Source of the DNA: an uncultured Bifidobacteriaceae bacterium
GTDB lineage: Bacteria; Acidobacteriota; Vicinamibacteria; Vicinamibacterales; UBA2999
Length of the DNA: 48,207 nucleotides
Direction: 5' to 3'
NCBI GenBank assembly: GCA_964400405.1
Contig: CAYNUO010000006.1
Coordinates: 17,602-65,808, forward strand
Part shown: positions 28,770-38,506 of the stretch, in pieces
How the letters are laid out: every line of letters begins with the position of its first letter
Position numbering within the stretch: the first letter of the stretch is position 1
The notes under the pieces: generated by a model
The model's database searches: none
The model's input: the letters and a program-made list of their open reading frames with translations, nothing else
What the model was told of the DNA's origin: nothing
Program-made: the position numbers and the translations under genes

Positions 28770-29120
28770 TCAGCTGTCGGAACGACGCGAAGGTGCGTGT
28801 GCGCGCGTCCGTGCGCGCCAGCGCACCTCCTCGAACTGGCGGACGCGGGTCATCGTGACCTCGAGGCCTTCGGCACGAAGCAGGTCCCGCTTGAGCTGCA
28901 GAAAGCTGCCGTACCCGCCAAGCGCGCCGCCAGCCGCGATGACGCGGTGGCAGGGCACGCCGGGGTCGCGGCACTCGCGCATGACGGTGCCGACGGCCCG
29001 GTGCGCGAGCGGGGATCCCGCCTGTGCCGCGATGTCGCCGTAGGTCGCCACGCGCCCGGGCGGGATCCGCCGCACGGCGGCCAGCACCCTGGCCGCGAAC
29101 GTGCCGCCAGCCCGGCTCAC
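28770..29120 (-). CDS. O6-alkylguanine-DNA alkyltransferase (MGMT), single-domain
   Basis: IPPGRVATYGDIA, RAVG, PCHRV, LLRAEG; GTGA overlap with the upstream gene. Confidence 0.9.
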   Translation of the reverse strand: MSRAGGTFAARVLAAVRRIPPGRVATYGDIAAQAGSPLAHRAVGTVMRECRDPGVPCHRVIAAGGALGGYGSFLQLKRDLLRAEGLEVTMTRVRQFEEVRWRARTRAHAPSRRSDS

Positions 29121-29800
29121 CACGCGCCCACCACGAACCGGATGCGGACGCTGACCCCGCCGAGGCTCGTGTCCTGCAGCGCGCTCGCGATGCCGCTGCC
29201 CGCGAGGCCGTCGCTGACCTGGCTCCACTCCACTTCGCCGCCGACGCCGGCGCGCCGCCACAGGCGGACGTCCGCTCCGCCCACGACGTGAAAGCCCGGC
29301 GTGATCCGTTCAGCCGTCTCGTCCGCGCTTGAGAACCCGGACGTCTCGCTCGCGCGATACCACCCGGCACCCGCGCCGAGGTAGGGCACGGTACGGGCCC
29401 CCCGGCGCGCCACGCGGACCCCGCCGGTGACCTGCATCGGAATCACCGTGAGCGTGTCGGTGATGCCGAGCGGAAAGCGCTGGCCGTTGAAGACGAACGC
29501 ACGCTCGCCGGTCATCTGCAGCCGGCTGACACGGACGTCGGCGAAAAGGCCCTTCGGCAGGGAGACGAAGAGCCCCCCGCCGAACCGTGCGGCGGTATTG
29601 CGGTCGAACACGGCGTGGAAGGCTTCGAGCGCGTGAAACGTCTCGACGCCGGCGTCCGCGAACGCGCGCACCGAGACAGGCGCTTCTGCGCGGACTGGCG
29701 TCCGTGGGGCCGGAGGTGTCTGCGCCAGGGCCGGTGCCGCGATCAGTGTCAGCGCCGCGCCCAGGGTCAGCGCCGGGACCGCCAGCCGCGTCCGGATCAT
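29117..29800 (-). CDS. Small outer-membrane beta-barrel protein
   Basis: Signal peptide, alternating beta-strand pattern, VPYLGAGAG, C-terminal W. Confidence 0.78.
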   Translation of the reverse strand: MIRTRLAVPALTLGAALTLIAAPALAQTPPAPRTPVRAEAPVSVRAFADAGVETFHALEAFHAVFDRNTAARFGGGLFVSLPKGLFADVRVSRLQMTGERAFVFNGQRFPLGITDTLTVIPMQVTGGVRVARRGARTVPYLGAGAGWYRASETSGFSSADETAERITPGFHVVGGADVRLWRRAGVGGEVEWSQVSDGLAGSGIASALQDTSLGGVSVRIRFVVGAW

Positions 29801-31308
29801 TTCAGGAGTCCCATGCCGCGCAACGCCGCGCGCGGATTGATCAGGCCGAAGCCGAACTCATCGTCGCGGCCGGGAGCCCCGAGGTCCGTCGCCGTCGCTT
29901 CCATCAACGCTTCGATGGCCGCCGGCGACGTGACGCCCTGCTGCATGAGCAGCGCGGCGAAGCCGGCGACATGCGGGGCGGCCATGGAACTCCCTTCGTA
30001 GAACTCGTAGGCGAACACGTCGAAGCGGGGCGGGCCGAACCGCGAGACGAAGAAGCGGTCGACGAAGTCGATGTCGAAGGTCTGCTGCAGGATGCCGCCG
30101 GTCGGACCGTCGCGGCCGGTGTCTCCGCCCGGCGCCGCCAGCTCCACGTAGGGGCCGGTGCTCGAATAGCCTGCGCGCCGGTTGGTGCGTCCGGTCGCGG
30201 CCACGGACACCATCCCCTGAATCTCGCGGGCGAAGTCGGCGAAGGGGTTGGCCGGATTGCCGATGTCGAATTCGTTGCCGGCCGCGACGACCACGAAGAC
30301 GCCGCGGCGGACCGCATACTCGATCGCGCTCCTGACGGCGGGCGCAGGCCACCGCTCGTCGCGTCCCAGGCTGAGGTTCAGGATGTTCGCGCCGTTGTCG
30401 ACGGCGTAGCGGATGCCGCGCGCGATGACGTCGTCGGTCGCGAAGTAGGGGCTGTTGAAGATGGCGTCCCAGTCCCCGTCGACCACCTTGACCGGCATCA
30501 GCCGCACGTTGAAGGCCATGCCGGCGACGCCGGCGCCGTTGTTCGTGACCTGGCCGATCGTGCCCGCGATGTGCGTGCCATGGCCATCCATGTCGAGCGG
30601 CGTGCTCGTGTCCCAGATGAAGTCGCGCGGCGCCACGAATCGCTCCGGACCGCCCAGTTCAGGCGCCGCGGCGAACGGGATCGTCACCGGGCCCAGTGCA
30701 GGAAAGGGACGCAGCGCGCGCCCGGTGTAGCGGACGGTGGCATCCCGATACGCCATCCCGGAGTCGAGCACGGCGACGACGATCTGCGAGGACGCGCCGC
30801 GGTTGATGTCCCACGCGCGCTCCATGTCGATCGCCCGGAAGTTCCACTGTCGCGAGTAGAGCGGGTCGTTCGGAACGAACTGCGGGTGGATCCGGTAGCG
30901 CGGCTGTGCCCACTCCACATCCGGCCGTGCGGCAAGCGCCGCCGCGGTGACTTCCGGGTCCGAACCCGGCGGCAACTGCACGAGCTCGAAGTCCGACCAG
31001 GCCGGTCGCGGTGTGCGCGTGCCGCGGACGGCGGACAGCGTGCGGAGCCGCGTGTCCGTGGGCGCGTCCTCCCGGAAGCGCACGATCACGCTCAGCGCGA
31101 CCGGGCCCGTATCGGGTGCGTCGGGGCGGGTGACCGCCCGTCCCGTCCGTCCCGGTCCACGCCGTGCCTCCCACTCGCGGAGGCCGCGATCGATCGCGGG
31201 GAGCCCCGGCGTGTCGAAGAACAGCGGCGCCGACGGCTCCTGACCGGTCAGCATGACCGCGGTGAGGCCGCCAGCAGCGACGGCCGTCAGGGCCCAGCGC
31301 GGAAGCAT
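29797..31308 (-). CDS. Secreted subtilisin-like S8 serine peptidase
   Basis: Catalytic triad VAVLDSG, HGTHIAG, GSSMAAPHV; oxyanion AAGN; prodomain; start set at ATG 31308. Confidence 0.93.
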   Translation of the reverse strand: MLPRWALTAVAAGGLTAVMLTGQEPSAPLFFDTPGLPAIDRGLREWEARRGPGRTGRAVTRPDAPDTGPVALSVIVRFREDAPTDTRLRTLSAVRGTRTPRPAWSDFELVQLPPGSDPEVTAAALAARPDVEWAQPRYRIHPQFVPNDPLYSRQWNFRAIDMERAWDINRGASSQIVVAVLDSGMAYRDATVRYTGRALRPFPALGPVTIPFAAAPELGGPERFVAPRDFIWDTSTPLDMDGHGTHIAGTIGQVTNNGAGVAGMAFNVRLMPVKVVDGDWDAIFNSPYFATDDVIARGIRYAVDNGANILNLSLGRDERWPAPAVRSAIEYAVRRGVFVVVAAGNEFDIGNPANPFADFAREIQGMVSVAATGRTNRRAGYSSTGPYVELAAPGGDTGRDGPTGGILQQTFDIDFVDRFFVSRFGPPRFDVFAYEFYEGSSMAAPHVAGFAALLMQQGVTSPAAIEALMEATATDLGAPGRDDEFGFGLINPRAALRGMGLLK

Positions 31309-31363
31309 TGGTGCCCAGTATCCCAGATGCGTGCCAACGGAGGGCGGCCGTGGACGGGACCGA

Positions 31364-32719
31364 TCATGCCAGGACCGTGAGCGGGTCGATGTCGAGGCTG
31401 TCCGGATCGATGGACTCGACCACGGCGCGCGGATGCTCGCCGCGCGAGTCGCGTTCCCACGTGTTGACGAGCAGGGGCGTTTCCAGCCGTTCACCCCGCG
31501 CATCGACGAGGATCTTCACCTGCGGCCGGAACGGGTCGTCCGGATGTTCCGCGCTGACGACGCCGACTTCGTTCGTGTTCAGCGAGACCAGCGTGCCGAC
31601 GGGGAAGAGACCGACGAGCGTGACGAACCGGCGCAGCAGGATCTGGTTGAAGGCTGGGTCGCCCTGCTTGCCCATGATCGCCCGGATGCGGACGCTCGCC
31701 ATGCCCTCCCGATACGGCCGATTGCTGCGCAGCGCATCGAAGACGTCGGCGATGCTGACGATCATCGTGCACAGGTTCAGGTCGCGGTGGCCGATGTTTT
31801 CCGGATACCCCGAGAGGTCCTGCTTCAGATGGTGCTCGAAGGCGACGATCGGCGCCAGCGCGGGCATCTCGGGGGTGCGACGGAGGATGTGCGCGCCGTC
31901 CACGACGTGACGCTGCATGATCCGGAACTCCTCGCCTTCGAGCTTGCCCGGCTTGTTCAGGATCTCGAGCGGCGTGTGGACCTTCCCGATGTCGTGCATC
32001 AGCGCCGCGAACCCGAACTCGCGAAGCAGCGGACCCTCGATGCCGAGCGCGCGCGCCTGCGCCATCGAGAGCGCGGCCACGTTCACCATGTGCGTGAACG
32101 TGTAGTTGTCGTACTTCTTCAGGGCCGTCAGCGCCATCAGCGACGTGCGGTCCTGGTTCACGATGTTCGCGAGGCTGTCGATGATCTGCCGCGCCATGCC
32201 CGGGTCCGGTGCGTCGCCGGCCTGCGCCTGCTGCCACAGCGTTTCCGCCGATGACACGGCCGTGCCGTAGATCCGGCGAGCCGCCTCGATGCCGGCGCTG
32301 TCTTCCGCGGCGTCCGGTATCGCGAGACGCCCGACCGTGATGCGGCGGACGCCGAGCTTCGCCAGCCGTTCATCGACGCTCGTGGCGGCGCCGCGCCGGG
32401 CGAGTTCGGCGACCAGCGCCTGGACGTCCTCCGCGGTGGCACCCCGGTGCACGGTCACCTTGTCGATCTCCCGGTCCCGCAGCGAACGCACGAACCCGAC
32501 GAGCGACGCGGAGCCCTTGCCGAGCCGACGGTCGTCGACGACGACGTCGTCACCCAGGCAGCCGATGACCACCTGCGGCTGGACCGAGAGCCACTCCTGA
32601 CTGAGGGCCGCGAAGGCGGCCACGGCGTTCCGCCGGATGGGGTGGGAGACGGCGTAGAGATCCGCGGCGCGCACGGCGGCGGCGAGCTGGCGCACGAGGT
32701 CGAGCGGGTTTCTCGTCAC
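31364..32719 (-). CDS. HD-GYP cyclic-dinucleotide phosphodiesterase with uncharacterised N-domain
   Basis: YTFTH, HDIGK, NKPGKL, EHH, GYP, ADVFDA, RPYR. Confidence 0.92.
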   Translation of the reverse strand: MTRNPLDLVRQLAAAVRAADLYAVSHPIRRNAVAAFAALSQEWLSVQPQVVIGCLGDDVVVDDRRLGKGSASLVGFVRSLRDREIDKVTVHRGATAEDVQALVAELARRGAATSVDERLAKLGVRRITVGRLAIPDAAEDSAGIEAARRIYGTAVSSAETLWQQAQAGDAPDPGMARQIIDSLANIVNQDRTSLMALTALKKYDNYTFTHMVNVAALSMAQARALGIEGPLLREFGFAALMHDIGKVHTPLEILNKPGKLEGEEFRIMQRHVVDGAHILRRTPEMPALAPIVAFEHHLKQDLSGYPENIGHRDLNLCTMIVSIADVFDALRSNRPYREGMASVRIRAIMGKQGDPAFNQILLRRFVTLVGLFPVGTLVSLNTNEVGVVSAEHPDDPFRPQVKILVDARGERLETPLLVNTWERDSRGEHPRAVVESIDPDSLDIDPLTVLA

Positions 32720-34911
32720 GGCCGCACCTCGGCGAGCTTGCGGACGAGACGGTCCGCCTTCGCGGCCTGTGACAGGCCCTCCAGCGCCTCCGGCGTGCCG
32801 ATCGCCCGGAGCGCGTGAATCGCGCCGGTCTTCAGCGCGCGCTGGCGTGCGCGGGCAAACCGCTTTCGCCGGACGAGCGTCGCGGCCAGAGCCGGCACGG
32901 CCCGGTCGTCCTTCAGGCGCCCGAGTGCCTTCATCAGGGCCAGGACCACCGGGTGCGCAGCGCCGAACGGGTCGGCGCCCTCGAGCATGCGGCAGAGGAG
33001 CGGGACGGCGCGGCGGTCTCCCGCGCTGACGACGGCATCCAGCATGGCGGCGCGGTTCTCGTCGGTGGCCTGCTCGAGTGCCTGCTGCAGCGCCTGGCCC
33101 GCGGCCGCGTCATCAATCCCGGCCAGCGCGGCGATGGCGGCTCGGGTGACACGCGTGTCGCCGCGCCGCATCAGGGCCTGTAGCGGGGCGACGGCCGTGG
33201 CGTGGTGCGTCCGGCCGAGCAGGACCGCCGCGCTCCACTGTGCCCGCCAGCCGGCGGCGTCGGCCAGGGCGGCGAGCGGCGCGATGGCCGCCTCGCCGAA
33301 GCCGCTGACGATTGCCGCCGCGCGCGTCCACGCGCTTCCGTCGGCATCGCCGGAGAGCGCCGGCGCGAGGGCGCTGGCTGAGCGGGGGCCGAGCACGCCG
33401 CAGCAGCGGGCGAATGCCTCGGCCGAGCGCTCGTCCAGTTCGCCGAGCACGGAGGCGGCCGAAGCCAGCGCGGCGGACTGCGCCAGGTCCGTCAGCGAGG
33501 CCCGGCAGGCCGCCTGCGTGACGGCGCCCGGCCTGGCGGCGGACGCGGCCAGCACCGACGCGACCTGACAGGCATCGTCGAACGCGCCGCACATGAGCAC
33601 GTCTTCCCCGAGCGCGGCCAGGTCGCGGGCAATCTCCACGGCCCGCTCCGGCGAGTCCTCGATGGTGAGCAGATCCGTCAGCATCTGCACGGAGAGGCGC
33701 CGCACGTGGTCCTGGTCGATCGAGTCCATCCACGCCGGCAGCTCGGCCGGGAGGCTCCGGGCGGCCATCTCCCGGGCGCGGGCGTCAGCTCCGGCGAGCG
33801 TGGCCTGGTAGGACTCGGAGACGTACGGCCGTTCGTCGTAGCCGAGCAGCAGCGCTTCCATCGACGCCCACGCCACGCCGAACTGCCCGCCCTTGCCGAA
33901 GTCGGTGTCCGTCAGAAACGACCGCGTCATCGTCAGTACCCGCTGCCGGCGTTCGACGTCCGGCGCGATGGTGCCGAAGATCTGGGCGAGGCGCGCCGTG
34001 GCCCGTCCGTCGCGCGACAGCGCGCTGGCGAGCAGCTGGGCGACCTGCTGGTCGTCGAAGGCGGCGGCCAGTCTGGCGACGAGCGGCTCGGCGTGCTCCG
34101 CGTCGTCGATCTGCATCATCTGCAGCACGACGTGGGGGTTCAGCGTCGAGGCGGCCGCGGCCACATTCCGCAGGACGGCCGGCACGCGGCCGGGCTCGAC
34201 CACCTGGACCAGCGACGTCAGATGGCGGAAGACCGCCAGCACCGTGGCGGCCTGCGTGGTGATGAGCGGGGACCCGTCGGCCGCACACCGGGGCGCCGCC
34301 ACGTCGCCCGCGAGGAGGCCGATGTCGGCCGAACTGGCGGAGATCTCCAGCAGCCGCTGCTGCTGTGCTTCATCGAAGAGGCCGTTGCCGGTCGCCATCG
34401 CGGCGACGATCGACCGCCAGGCGTCGTCCCGCGGGCCGTCCGCGTTCGCGCCCTCGCGGTCCTTCAGCAGCGCCGCGTAGTCGATGGCCTCGATGACCAC
34501 GGCCGGGTGTCCGGCCGCGGCCCACGCCACAGCCGGCCCGCCCCCGCTGCGGACCTCCTCGGCCGGCCGGCTGAGCAGCGCCAGCAGCTCGTGCAGCGCC
34601 GGGAGCGGCGCGGCGTCGAGGAACGCAATCTGCTGCACGTCCCGCGCATAGAGCAGGCGTGCCGCCTCGACGACGGGCTGCTCGTCGGGCAGCGCCACGC
34701 CGGCGACGGCCAGGATCTGCGGTGTGACGGTGAACGCGATGGCGGCGGTGGGGGCGGCGGGGAGGGCGCCGGCCAGCCGTTCGATGGCCGCGGCACAGGC
34801 CGGGTGTTCGGGCGGATAGAGCCCCCAGGTGCGCGCAGCCGCGACCAGCGCCCGGCTCAGCGTGACCGACTGCCGGACAAGCTCGGGCGCAAGAACCGGG
34901 GCTTGAGCCAA
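32716..34911 (-). CDS. HEAT-repeat protein with N-terminal LYPxxHP domain
   Basis: C-terminal HEAT/PBS repeats (AVAPL, AVPLL, ALGRL...AVPAL, ALRAIG); start uncertain (TTG 34911). Confidence 0.78.
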   Translation of the reverse strand: MAQAPVLAPELVRQSVTLSRALVAAARTWGLYPPEHPACAAAIERLAGALPAAPTAAIAFTVTPQILAVAGVALPDEQPVVEAARLLYARDVQQIAFLDAAPLPALHELLALLSRPAEEVRSGGGPAVAWAAAGHPAVVIEAIDYAALLKDREGANADGPRDDAWRSIVAAMATGNGLFDEAQQQRLLEISASSADIGLLAGDVAAPRCAADGSPLITTQAATVLAVFRHLTSLVQVVEPGRVPAVLRNVAAAASTLNPHVVLQMMQIDDAEHAEPLVARLAAAFDDQQVAQLLASALSRDGRATARLAQIFGTIAPDVERRQRVLTMTRSFLTDTDFGKGGQFGVAWASMEALLLGYDERPYVSESYQATLAGADARAREMAARSLPAELPAWMDSIDQDHVRRLSVQMLTDLLTIEDSPERAVEIARDLAALGEDVLMCGAFDDACQVASVLAASAARPGAVTQAACRASLTDLAQSAALASAASVLGELDERSAEAFARCCGVLGPRSASALAPALSGDADGSAWTRAAAIVSGFGEAAIAPLAALADAAGWRAQWSAAVLLGRTHHATAVAPLQALMRRGDTRVTRAAIAALAGIDDAAAGQALQQALEQATDENRAAMLDAVVSAGDRRAVPLLCRMLEGADPFGAAHPVVLALMKALGRLKDDRAVPALAATLVRRKRFARARQRALKTGAIHALRAIGTPEALEGLSQAAKADRLVRKLAEVRP

Positions 34912-34918
34912 CGGTGTG

Positions 34919-34926
34919 ATTATACT
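34919..34926. promoter_or_regulatory. Overlapping divergent -10 elements (TATAAT on minus, TATACT on plus)
   Basis: ATTATACT in the 40-bp gap between the HEAT gene and pdp. Confidence 0.55.
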
Positions 34927-34951
34927 GACCGCTCTTGTCGCCCAAGGCCCC

Positions 34952-36256
34952 ATGCGCGCGGTAGACACCATCATCAGGAAGCGGGACGGCCACGCGCTGA
35001 CGCGGGCCGAAATCGACGGCTTCGTCGAGGGCCTGGCCAATGGCACCTGGCAGGACTATCAGGCATCGGCGCTGCTGATGGCGATCGTACTGAACGGCAT
35101 GTCGCCCGCCGAGACCGCCGCGCTGACCGGTGCGATGCTCCGCTCAGGCGAGCGCGTGGACCTCTCGGACGTTCCCGGCGTGAAGGTCGGCAAGCACAGC
35201 ACCGGTGGCGTGGGCGACAAGGTCTCGATCGCGCTGGCGCCCATCGTGGCGGCCTGCGGCGTCGTGGTGCCGAAGATGTCCGGCCGGGGCCTCGGTCACA
35301 CCGGCGGCACGCTCGACAAGCTGGAATCGATTCCGGGTTTCCGGATTGGCCTGTCGATCGACGAATTCAAGTCCGTGCTGCGCCGCGTCGGCACCTGCAT
35401 GATCGGTCAGACCGCCGCGCTCGCGCCGGCCGACAAGACGCTCTACGCGCTGCGCGACGTGACGGGCACGGTCGAGAGCCTGCCTCTCATTGCCGCCTCC
35501 ATCATGAGCAAGAAGCTCGCAGAGGGGTCTTCGGCGCTCGTGCTCGACGTCAAGTGCGGTAACGGCGCGTTCATGAAGGACGCCGCCGAGGCCAGGGCCC
35601 TCGCCGAGGCGATGTCGGCCATCGGCGGCGCCGCGGGCGTCAGGACCGAATGCGTCATCACGGCGATGGAGCAGCCGCTCGGCGAGGCGGTCGGCAACGC
35701 CCTCGAGATCAAGGAGTGCCTGGCGCTGCTGACGGGCCGCGGCCCGGCCGACGCCATGAGCGTCGTGCGCGCCATCTCGAGCCGGATGGTGGCCCTCGGC
35801 GGCAAGGCGCCGGACGCCGAGTCCGCGCTGGGCCTCGTCGAGCGGGCGGTCAGCTCGGGCGCCGCCCTCGACACGTTCCGGCGGATGGTCGAGGCACAGG
35901 GCGGCGACCCCCGGATCGTCGACGAACCGGCGCGGCTGCCGTCCGTGCCGACCGTCCACGTCATGCATGCGAACTCGGACGGTTACATCTCGAGGATGCA
36001 TGCGCTGTCGATCGGCCGCGCGAGCATCTGCCTCGGTGCCGGCCGCGACCGCGTCGGCGACGCGGTCGATCATGCTGTGGGCCTGCTGGTGAAAGCGGAC
36101 CTGGGCGACCGCGTCGAGGCCGGGCAGCCGCTGCTCGAACTCCACCATCGCGACGGAAGGGGCCTGACCGATGCGCTCGCGCTGTGCCGCGACGCGTGCG
36201 CGATCTCCGAGACACCGGTGACGCGCCCTCCCAAGGTCCTCGACGTCGTTCAGTAG
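34952..36256 (+). CDS. pdp: Pyrimidine-nucleoside/thymidine phosphorylase
   Basis: MRAVD..KRDG, KHSTGGVGDK, KMSGRGLGHTGGTLDKLESIPG, SIMSKK. Confidence 0.96.
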   Translation: MRAVDTIIRKRDGHALTRAEIDGFVEGLANGTWQDYQASALLMAIVLNGMSPAETAALTGAMLRSGERVDLSDVPGVKVGKHSTGGVGDKVSIALAPIVAACGVVVPKMSGRGLGHTGGTLDKLESIPGFRIGLSIDEFKSVLRRVGTCMIGQTAALAPADKTLYALRDVTGTVESLPLIAASIMSKKLAEGSSALVLDVKCGNGAFMKDAAEARALAEAMSAIGGAAGVRTECVITAMEQPLGEAVGNALEIKECLALLTGRGPADAMSVVRAISSRMVALGGKAPDAESALGLVERAVSSGAALDTFRRMVEAQGGDPRIVDEPARLPSVPTVHVMHANSDGYISRMHALSIGRASICLGAGRDRVGDAVDHAVGLLVKADLGDRVEAGQPLLELHHRDGRGLTDALALCRDACAISETPVTRPPKVLDVVQ

Positions 36257-36305
36257 CGCCGCGCCAAACGCTCCAGCCGTTCCTCAACCCCAGAGACCCA
36301 GACCC

Positions 36306-37667
36306 ATGTCCACCCCAGACCCGCACACCCCCTCCTCCGGGAGGCAGACCTGGAGCCGGCGCGATACGATGATCGCCGGCGGCCTGCTGCTGCTCATCGG
36401 CACCGCGGCCCTGCTGGCCCTCTCGGGCGTGCCGCGGGCGCAGCCGATCGTCGGCCTGGCCCTCATCCTTGGTCTGGCCTACGCCCTCTCATCGGCGCGG
36501 TACGCCATCGATTACCGGACGGTTGCGTGGGGACTCGGTCTGCAGCTGCTGTTCGCCGTGATCGTGCTCAGGACCGAACTGGGCCAGCGGACGTTCCAGA
36601 CCCTCGGCGGCGTGATCAACCGGATTCTCGACTTCGCCTTCGTCGGCTCGTCCTTCGTGTTCGGTCCGCTCGGCAGCAAAGAGGTGTGGCCACGCGTGAT
36701 GACGCAGGTGCTCGGTCCCGAGGGCGCGCAGTACGGCGTCATCTTCGCATTCCAGGTGCTGCCGACCATCATCTTCATCGCGGCGCTCTTCGCGATGCTG
36801 TACTACTTCGGCATCATGCAGATCGTGGTGCGCGTGTTCGCCGTCGGCATGCGGTGGGTGATGCGTGCCAGCGGTGCCGAGTCGCTCAATGTCGCGGCGA
36901 GCATCTTCATGGGGCAGACGGAGGCGCCGCTGACGATCCGTCCGTTCCTGCCGAAGATGACCGAATCGGAACTGATGACGGTCATGACCTCCGGCATGGC
37001 GCACATCTCCGGCGGCATCATGGCGGCCTACATCCTGTTCGGCATCGAGGCCAAGCACCTGCTGACGGCCGTCATCATGACCGCGCCGGGGACGCTGATG
37101 ATGGCGAAGATGTTCGTGCCGGAGACGGCCGTACCCGAGACGATGGGCACGGTGAAGCTCAAGGTCGAGAGGACCGACGTCAACGTGATCGACGCCATCG
37201 GCCGCGGGACCGGCGAAGGCCTGCACCTGGCGCTGAACGTCGGCGCGATGCTGATCTCGTTCCTGGCGCTGATCGCGCTGGTCAACGCCGCGCTCGGACT
37301 CGTCGGCGTCAGCATGCAGCAGGTGCTCGGCTGGGTGTTTGCACCGATCGCGTGGGCGCTGGGTGTTCCGTGGCGTGACGCCAACACGATCGGGAACCTG
37401 CTCGGTACGCGCATGGTGCTCAACGAGTTCGTCGCGTACTCGCAGCTCGGCCCGCTGAAGGAGATGCTCGACCCGAAGTCCTTTACGATCGCCACGTTTG
37501 CGCTGTGCGGCTTCGCGAACTTCAGCTCGATCGGCATTCAGATCGGCGGCATCGGCGCACTGGTCCCGGAGCGCCGGCACGACCTGGCACGTCTGGGCCT
37601 GCGCGCCATGCTCGCCGGCACCTTCGCAAACTTCATCACGGCCACCATCGCGGGCATGCTGCTGTGA
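36306..37667 (+). CDS. nupC: Concentrative nucleoside transporter (CNT/NupC)
   Basis: FAFQVLP, FMGQTEAP, LNEFVAY, LCGFANFSSIGIQIG. Confidence 0.95.
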   Translation: MSTPDPHTPSSGRQTWSRRDTMIAGGLLLLIGTAALLALSGVPRAQPIVGLALILGLAYALSSARYAIDYRTVAWGLGLQLLFAVIVLRTELGQRTFQTLGGVINRILDFAFVGSSFVFGPLGSKEVWPRVMTQVLGPEGAQYGVIFAFQVLPTIIFIAALFAMLYYFGIMQIVVRVFAVGMRWVMRASGAESLNVAASIFMGQTEAPLTIRPFLPKMTESELMTVMTSGMAHISGGIMAAYILFGIEAKHLLTAVIMTAPGTLMMAKMFVPETAVPETMGTVKLKVERTDVNVIDAIGRGTGEGLHLALNVGAMLISFLALIALVNAALGLVGVSMQQVLGWVFAPIAWALGVPWRDANTIGNLLGTRMVLNEFVAYSQLGPLKEMLDPKSFTIATFALCGFANFSSIGIQIGGIGALVPERRHDLARLGLRAMLAGTFANFITATIAGMLL

Positions 37668-38506
37668 CGGAAGCGGCGAGCGGAGCGGACGATCGTTTCG
37701 AGCGCGTCGAAGCCGCCGCCGCGGCGGTCCGCGCGCGGTGCGGCGCGCTGCCGCGGACGGCCATCGTACTGGGCTCGGGCCTGGGCGAGTTTGCCGGGAC
37801 GCTGCAGCACAGTGTCACGATCCCGTACGGCGATCTTCCCGGCTGGCCGGAGTCGAAGGTCGTGGGACACGCCGGGACGCTGGTCGTGGGCGACGTGGCC
37901 GGCCGGCGCATCGCGGTGCTCGCTGGCCGTGCGCATGCGTATGAGGGGCACGCGATGACCGCCGTGGTCTTCGGCGTTCGTGCGATGGCCAGGCTCGGCG
38001 TCCGCGAGCTGATCCTGACGAACGCGGCCGGCGGCATCAACACACGCTTCGGCGCGGGGGCGTTGATGGTCATCGACGATCACATCAACCTGACGGGCGC
38101 CAATCCCCTGGTGGGCGCGAACGACGAGCGCTTCGGCGCGCGCTTTCCGGACATGTCCGAGGTCTATTCCCGCCGGCTGCGCGGCATCGCCGATGCGGTG
38201 GCCGCCGACCGCGGCTTCGTCATCGAGCACGGGATCTACGCCGGCCTGCTCGGACCGAGCTATGAGACGCCGGCCGAGATCCGCTATCTGCGCGCGATCG
38301 GCGCGGATGCCGTCGGCATGTCCACGGTGCCGGAGGCGATTGCGGCGCGGCACATGGGCGTCGAGGTGCTCGGGATCTCGTGCATCACGAACATGGCCGC
38401 GGGTGTGCTCGATCAACCGCTCGTGCACGCCGAGGTGCTCGAAACGGCTGAGCGTGTAAAGGGCGCCTTCATGGGCCTGCTGGAGGGTATCGTTGGCCGA
38501 CTCTGA
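37664..38506 (+). CDS. punA: Purine-nucleoside phosphorylase (trimeric PNP-I)
   Basis: LGSGLG, GRAHAYEG, TNAAGG, GPSYETPAE, VGMSTVPE, ITNMA; GTGA overlap with nupC. Confidence 0.95.
   Translation: MTEAASGADDRFERVEAAAAAVRARCGALPRTAIVLGSGLGEFAGTLQHSVTIPYGDLPGWPESKVVGHAGTLVVGDVAGRRIAVLAGRAHAYEGHAMTAVVFGVRAMARLGVRELILTNAAGGINTRFGAGALMVIDDHINLTGANPLVGANDERFGARFPDMSEVYSRRLRGIADAVAADRGFVIEHGIYAGLLGPSYETPAEIRYLRAIGADAVGMSTVPEAIAARHMGVEVLGISCITNMAAGVLDQPLVHAEVLETAERVKGAFMGLLEGIVGRL

Noticed and set aside
28759-29370. Apparent 200-aa N-terminal extension of the TBDR (988-aa ORF)
   Set aside because: Overlaps the MGMT and OMP genes; a clean signal peptide starts at ATG 28758.
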